Shown here: piece after piece, positions 59,018 to 64,000 of the stretch
Layout of the letters: the number at the start of each line of letters is the position of its first letter
How positions within the stretch are numbered: position 1 is the stretch's first letter
Assembly: GCA_021323945.1 (NCBI GenBank)
Contig: JAJPKA010000018.1
Coordinates: 372,453 to 436,452, forward strand
DNA length: 64,000 nt
Direction of reading: 5' to 3'
Source: Pseudomonadota bacterium
GTDB lineage: Bacteria; Desulfobacterota; Binatia; Binatales; Binataceae
Notes under the pieces: model-generated
What the model saw: only the letters and a program-made list of their open reading frames with translations
Told to the model about the DNA's origin: nothing
Database searches by the model: none
Program-made: the position numbers and the translations under genes

Positions 59018-59710
59018 GTGTATTCTAAAATGAGTTCATCCTCCGGCAACCGTGAGCCAAATGCGGGAGCACCTGCTTCGATGCCTTATCCTGATTGGCG
59101 AAATATCGCTCAGTTACGATTTCCCGAGCTGATGCAACTCTATCGACCCGAGGCCGCGAGCCATGTCGCGCATTTTTACCAGGATGACCGAGTAGTGATC
59201 GAGAATATTGTCGATCTCGCCCGAAAGGCGCTGGACTGTGGCAGTTCGGTTGTCCTGGTGGCGACGAAGGATCATTTGCGCGAGATTTTCCAGCGGATCG
59301 GTCCGAAGCTTGATCTTGAGTCTCTGCGCGCCAAGCGCCGCTATATCGCGGCCGATGCTGCCCAGGCGCTATCTCGGCTGATGCTCCACGGCTGTCCCGA
59401 CGAAACGAAGTTTAATGAAGTTATCGGTGCGACCATCATTCAAGCAGCCAAACGTAGCACAAACGACTTTGTTCTGGCCTTTGGTGAAATGGTCGCGCTG
59501 CTGTGCGCGGAAGATAAGCCAGACGCTGCCTGGTTGCTGGAGCGATTTTGGAATCGGCTTGCATGTCGTCAACCCTTGTCGCTCTATTGTGTGTACTCGC
59601 TCGACTGCCTTGATACGGAGCGTACCTTTGACCACATCGTGCGGCTCTCCGCCGAACATAATCTGGTAGTCCCATCAGAACTTGTTGGGTTGAGCGTTAA
59701 ATCGCCGTGA
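59018..59710 (+). CDS. Stand-alone MEDS (DcmR-type) sensory domain protein; start uncertain
   Basis: HVAHFY.DD, AFGEMVALL, LE.FWN.L and LYC.Y. Confidence 0.8.
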   Translation: MYSKMSSSSGNREPNAGAPASMPYPDWRNIAQLRFPELMQLYRPEAASHVAHFYQDDRVVIENIVDLARKALDCGSSVVLVATKDHLREIFQRIGPKLDLESLRAKRRYIAADAAQALSRLMLHGCPDETKFNEVIGATIIQAAKRSTNDFVLAFGEMVALLCAEDKPDAAWLLERFWNRLACRQPLSLYCVYSLDCLDTERTFDHIVRLSAEHNLVVPSELVGLSVKSP

Positions 59711-59789
59711 CAATTTGTCACGCACTTGCCGCCGCTTTGCTGAGACTTGAGGAGCTGCTTAGTAGCTAGGAGGCGGCGGTGGCACTTCT

Positions 59790-61436
59790 TCAGGGGCGCA
59801 GGACAATGTCAGACAACGGGTCAGTGACCGGGGATGCGAGAGCCCGCTCCGGGGCTTCCCATTTTTCATTCCGGGTGATGCGCCGTATTGCCCTTTCAAT
59901 GTTGCGCTCGGCGACCGCGGCAATCGTATGCGAGGGATTGGCTCCGATGGCCACTGGAATTGCTGCACCGTCCAAAACGAACAGCCCCGGGTAACCAAAT
60001 ACCTCGCCGTCGGGAGTCAGCACACCCGAAGCAGGCGACTCGGCAAGTGGGCAGCCGCCTAGATTGTGCACCGTTACAGGAATATGGAGAAGCTCCCAAA
60101 ACGGGTTGAAGGCTGCCTTCCCGCCCATCGCTTGCGCCAAGGCCTTGACGAAAGCAGTTTCAGCATCGTAGAGGGGCATGTTCGCTTGCACGTCCCATTG
60201 AACTTCGAGAGCGAAAGTCAAAGGATGCAGCGCCAGGCGGCCATTTGCCTGATCTCGCCCCATCGCCAGAAAAACGGCTGAATGCTCCGCGTCGGGGTGC
60301 GGTCCGGGGATTGGGGCGTTGCGCCGCAGCACCTCATCTAAATCGAACCGAGACAGGGTTCGCACTCCCGCCAGCAACTTGTTACCGGGGTTGAGGATCT
60401 GTAGCAGACTGCCAATTTGGCTTGGGTAGCCGCCCTCCTCGACGATGAACCAGATGTTTGGCTGACCATCTCCGCGAGCATTTACAATGCCGGAAGTGAT
60501 CGTCGGCCCTTCACTCGGCTTGAACGGCTCGCGCGTGTTGAAAGCAAAAGCCAAAAAATCGCCATTGCCGGAATAGTTGGCCCCGAGGCGAGAGCTCAGG
60601 TGAGGCAGGGTCCTAAACTGGTCGCGACAACGCAGGAGAAGTTCCGTCGAGTTCACCGCACCGGCACACAGGAATGCGTACCTCGCGTTCAATTCCCTGG
60701 GCGTTCCGTTGTCCCGATAGTCGGTAAAATGCACCCGATAGCCCCCATCGACGGTTTGCTCGATACGTGTCACCTCACATTGCGTTTCTATCCGAGCCCC
60801 TTTGTCTTGGGCGATTTTGAGATAATTCAAATCGAGCGTGTTTTTCGCATGATAGTTGCATCCAATATCGCATTCGCCGCAGTATCTACAGCCTTCCTGC
60901 AGCGCACCAAATTTATTCAGGTGGGGGGCTTGAGGCTCGCCGAAATCCACCGCGATATTGGGCAAACAAAACTGGGCGGAACGGCCCATCGCGGCCGCAA
61001 TTCGCTGCATCAGAATCGTTTTGGCTGGCATTCCCAGGAACTTTGACGCGGTGATCGGCTTGATATCGAGCATATAGGCGACAAGATCGTAGTAGGGATC
61101 TAACAGCTGGCGGTTGTAACCCGTTGGCCAGCCGTTTTGAAACACTTCGTGTGGAGCCCGCAAATGGACATTCGCGTATATCAGCGAACCACCACCTAGT
61201 CCGGCTCCCTGCACTACCATCATCTGCGAGAAGTGCTTGAGCTCGAACAGGCCTTGGCCCACCTGCCATAACCAACCTGCAGCCGGATCTTTCCAATCAC
61301 GCGGAAACGAATTCCGATCGTAGCGTCGGCCGCGCTCGATCACCGTCACCGCACAGTCGGCCTGAGCCAGGCGGCACGCCGCAACCGCGCCACCAAAACC
61401 GCTACCAATCACAACCGCATCGTAAGTAGTCGCCAT
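59790..61436 (-). CDS. GMC oxidoreductase, cholesterol-oxidase-like
   Basis: IGSGFGG, GGGSLIYAN, C..CG.C..GC, HNLGGC and GANPS.TI. Confidence 0.88.
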   Translation of the reverse strand: MATTYDAVVIGSGFGGAVAACRLAQADCAVTVIERGRRYDRNSFPRDWKDPAAGWLWQVGQGLFELKHFSQMMVVQGAGLGGGSLIYANVHLRAPHEVFQNGWPTGYNRQLLDPYYDLVAYMLDIKPITASKFLGMPAKTILMQRIAAAMGRSAQFCLPNIAVDFGEPQAPHLNKFGALQEGCRYCGECDIGCNYHAKNTLDLNYLKIAQDKGARIETQCEVTRIEQTVDGGYRVHFTDYRDNGTPRELNARYAFLCAGAVNSTELLLRCRDQFRTLPHLSSRLGANYSGNGDFLAFAFNTREPFKPSEGPTITSGIVNARGDGQPNIWFIVEEGGYPSQIGSLLQILNPGNKLLAGVRTLSRFDLDEVLRRNAPIPGPHPDAEHSAVFLAMGRDQANGRLALHPLTFALEVQWDVQANMPLYDAETAFVKALAQAMGGKAAFNPFWELLHIPVTVHNLGGCPLAESPASGVLTPDGEVFGYPGLFVLDGAAIPVAIGANPSHTIAAVAERNIERAIRRITRNEKWEAPERALASPVTDPLSDIVLRP

Positions 61437-61758
61437 GCGAAACTCGCTGTTAGCAGCCGGGCTCAGCGCGATCCAAGCTCAGCGCCTTGCACGGCTCGGC
61501 AGAGGTATTTTTTCTGTCGTTTCAATAACAAAAAGTGCGCCTGACGCGCGATGATGATTGACCCGAGCCATTTGAACGACGACTTGAGGCCCGAAGTTAT
61601 CCGCAGAGGGAGAAATTGCCTGCTTTCGGAACGCTTGTGTCCACTTACTTAGCCAGACAGCATCTTCGACCAGGCCGTACTTTTTAGCTCAAGCCTCCTA
61701 CCCTTGCGGCTCCAGGCGAGTGGCAAGCGGTTGGCTGTGCGGTGGGAAATCAAATGAT

Positions 61759-61833
<75 letters not shown>

Positions 61834-61940
61834 TCGACCTATGATTGTGATCTCTTGGCAGAGCTTTTTCAAGTCTTTTTTATCACCAGCTGATGGAGCG
61901 GGTTGTAGCAGCCGCTTGGGATGCGATAAACGGAAAACTT

Positions 61941-62732
61941 ATGAAGCCGAGCATTAGCCCGCTCCATCGCCAATACCAAGATTCGAGCAATTTCCGCAAA
62001 AGAGCCGCCCTGGTCGGTAGATTCAGCACCAATCGGTATTCGTGGTACCGATGGGTCTATGATCAGTTCTATCCTTTGCCGGACGATGCCGCTGTACTCG
62101 AGTTGGGATGCGGACCAGGCAGTCTTTGGAAGCGAAACCTCGACCGCATTCCCGTGAACTGGAAGATTGTTCTGTCGGACTTCTCGGCAGGCATGTTGCG
62201 AGACTGCCAACAAAATTTGGGCTCGGCCGTCTCGCGCTTCCTGTCCTGCCAGCTCGATGCGTCGCGACTCCCATTCCGCGCAGCCCGCTTTGATGCGGTA
62301 ATCGCGAATATGATGTTTTATCACGTGGAGGATCGGGCCGCCGCACTGCGCGATATTCGGCGGGTGCTGCGCGCGGATGGTCACTTTTATGCCACGACGA
62401 CCGGAACAGAATATATGCGGGAGCTGAACGCCGTCGCGACCCGCATTTTACAGGTTCCTCGTTATGCGCCCTCTGCTCAACGCTTCGGGCTCGAAAACGG
62501 TATCGAGCAGCTACGAGCAGAGTTCGCCAACGTTGAGCTTAGACGTTATGAAAATGAACTACGCGTCAACGAGGTCCAGCCTCTGATCGACTATTTCGCG
62601 TCGATGGAGCCGCTGATAGCGCCACGCGCCGAACGATGGGATGAGCTGCGCGACTATTTTCAGCGCCAGATTGATGAACGGGGGGAGATAGTGATTCCAA
62701 TTGAGGTGGGAATGCTGATTGCCCACCTTTGA
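61941..62732 (+). CDS. Class I SAM-dependent methyltransferase
   Basis: LELGCGPG.LW, SDFS.GM, FD.VIAN.M.YHV and FGLENG. Confidence 0.88.
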   Translation: MKPSISPLHRQYQDSSNFRKRAALVGRFSTNRYSWYRWVYDQFYPLPDDAAVLELGCGPGSLWKRNLDRIPVNWKIVLSDFSAGMLRDCQQNLGSAVSRFLSCQLDASRLPFRAARFDAVIANMMFYHVEDRAAALRDIRRVLRADGHFYATTTGTEYMRELNAVATRILQVPRYAPSAQRFGLENGIEQLRAEFANVELRRYENELRVNEVQPLIDYFASMEPLIAPRAERWDELRDYFQRQIDERGEIVIPIEVGMLIAHL

Positions 62733-63409
62733 AGGGGCATTGGACGGCCACACCAGTGGACAAAATCAAGGAATTGGTCCGACGACATTGGGACAGGCGG
62801 GCGGCTGAGTTCGACAAAGAGGCCAGTCATGGTCTCCTCAATGATCGGCAATCACGAGCCTGGCACGACTTGATTGGTCGCGTCATTGGTACCGGAGCTC
62901 TGGATGTGCTCGACATCGGATGTGGCACGGGCTTCCTTTCGCTATTGCTGGCAGAGTTTGGGCATCACGTGGTTGGAATTGACTTTGCTGAGTCAATGCT
63001 GACAGCTGCACGTCGCAAGGCCGCGGCTCGTGGGCTCGATATAGATTTTCGTTATGCTGACGCCGAAGCGCCGAACTTCGCGCCTGGCAGCTTTGATTTG
63101 GTCGTCGAGCGGCACGTCCTCTGGACTTTGCCCCGGCCAATGCTGGCACTCGACAGTTGGCGTCAGCTTCTGCGCGAACGTGGCAGGCTTTTGCTGATCG
63201 AGGGTCAATGGAAGGGAATGGTGCCCCGCGATGAGTACATCGAGATCGCCGATCAACTGCCATTCTTTGGCGGAAGGCCCGATAAGGAGGTTGCTGAGCT
63301 CATCCGTTCGTGCGGATTTACTTTCGTTGCAACCGAGCCGCTGATGGAGGCTGATCTATGGCTCGAAACTCCCACCCATATGCGCTACCTGGTAATTGCC
63401 CGGCGATGA
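62729..63409 (+). CDS. Class I SAM-dependent methyltransferase
   Basis: LDIGCGTGFLS, DAE and RHVLWTLP. Confidence 0.88.
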   Translation: MKGHWTATPVDKIKELVRRHWDRRAAEFDKEASHGLLNDRQSRAWHDLIGRVIGTGALDVLDIGCGTGFLSLLLAEFGHHVVGIDFAESMLTAARRKAAARGLDIDFRYADAEAPNFAPGSFDLVVERHVLWTLPRPMLALDSWRQLLRERGRLLLIEGQWKGMVPRDEYIEIADQLPFFGGRPDKEVAELIRSCGFTFVATEPLMEADLWLETPTHMRYLVIARR

Positions 63410-63601
63410 CATGGACTCGGCCGAATGAATCAAAGCGTCGACAAGAGCAGGTCTACGCTCCGGCCACCGCCAAGAGACTAACGCCACCACCGCTGGTGCA
63501 CAGTCGCGCAACGATCTAGGCTCTAGAAGCGGAAGTTTGGCGTGTTTGCGTGAGCGCGGAGAAGAAGTCGTCAGACAGGATTCTTTGCGGTTCTCCGTCA
63601 C

Positions 63602-64000
63602 GTGGAAGTCGGATTGACCTCAGAAAGGGGTCGAACGTCACCAACCGCCCTGGGGCTGGTACTAGGGCTACTTTTCCCGGGGCTGGCCGCGGCGGTTTTT
63701 GACGGATGCGTCGCAGTAAAAGCTTCCCCACCGAAACCAGCGGTCGAACTTTCAGGGGTGTGGCGCGGTGAATCGCTGCTGACACCGTGCGGGTGGATTG
63801 GGCATTCAGAGAGCGTCTGCAACGCGATGAATTTAATAACGTTTACGCTGATTCAGTCTGACGCGCAGCTCCGCGGTCGCTACACTTGCGCTTACGGGAA
63901 TTATATCTGCCGTCATGACGGGTTGGATCGGTCGGGATATATCACGTCAGGCCACGTGAGCGGACGGCGGCTGACGATGCGCGTGATGATTCCCGCAGAC
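63602..64000 (+). CDS. Hypothetical lipoprotein, truncated by the window end
   Basis: Open frame from GTG 63602: hydrophobic signal, FDGC lipobox-like motif, LSGVWRG...YTCAYGNYICRH.... Confidence 0.6.
   Translation, partial: MEVGLTSERGRTSPTALGLVLGLLFPGLAAAVFDGCVAVKASPPKPAVELSGVWRGESLLTPCGWIGHSESVCNAMNLITFTLIQSDAQLRGRYTCAYGNYICRHDGLDRSGYITSGHVSGRRLTMRVMIPAD

Overview
This is a gene-dense, roughly 59% GC bacterial chromosome segment with about 60 CDS and one tRNA-Gly(CCC). I found no CRISPR array, integrase or transposase. The gene content (UGSC selenoprotein, amidohydrolase_2, LLM oxidoreductase, MaoC pair, diderm porin/TolC) suggests a Deltaproteobacteria-related lineage such as Ca. Binatota; this is inference only. 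Main observations: (1) A selenoprotein is hidden at 1379-1927. An in-frame UGA gives U-G-S-C-x-x-C and is followed by a perfect SECIS-like hairpin, in an operon with an uncharacterised 348-aa partner. (2) A block of about 26.5 kb (16.5-43 kb) lies between a hemD-hemE fusion and hemH-hemY. It holds USP, CBS, Hsp20, DUF2267 and K-channel stress genes, qNOR, a porin-cytochrome c-cytochrome c-NirK-like operon and a BlaI/M56-controlled exporter. (3) Six genes in that block carry sigma54 -24/-12 promoters, and most have a shared 17-bp upstream motif (TGGCGC-N5-GHYACA) about 100 bp upstream. A sigma54 activator with a globin-like N-terminus is encoded in the same block, so this is a candidate sigma54-driven, DosR-like hypoxia/NO regulon. 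(4) Several single-base lesions (lemA TAG, rhodanese frameshift, NirK Asp->Tyr) could be real or sequencing errors. All calls are by-eye motif recognition; no database searches were run.
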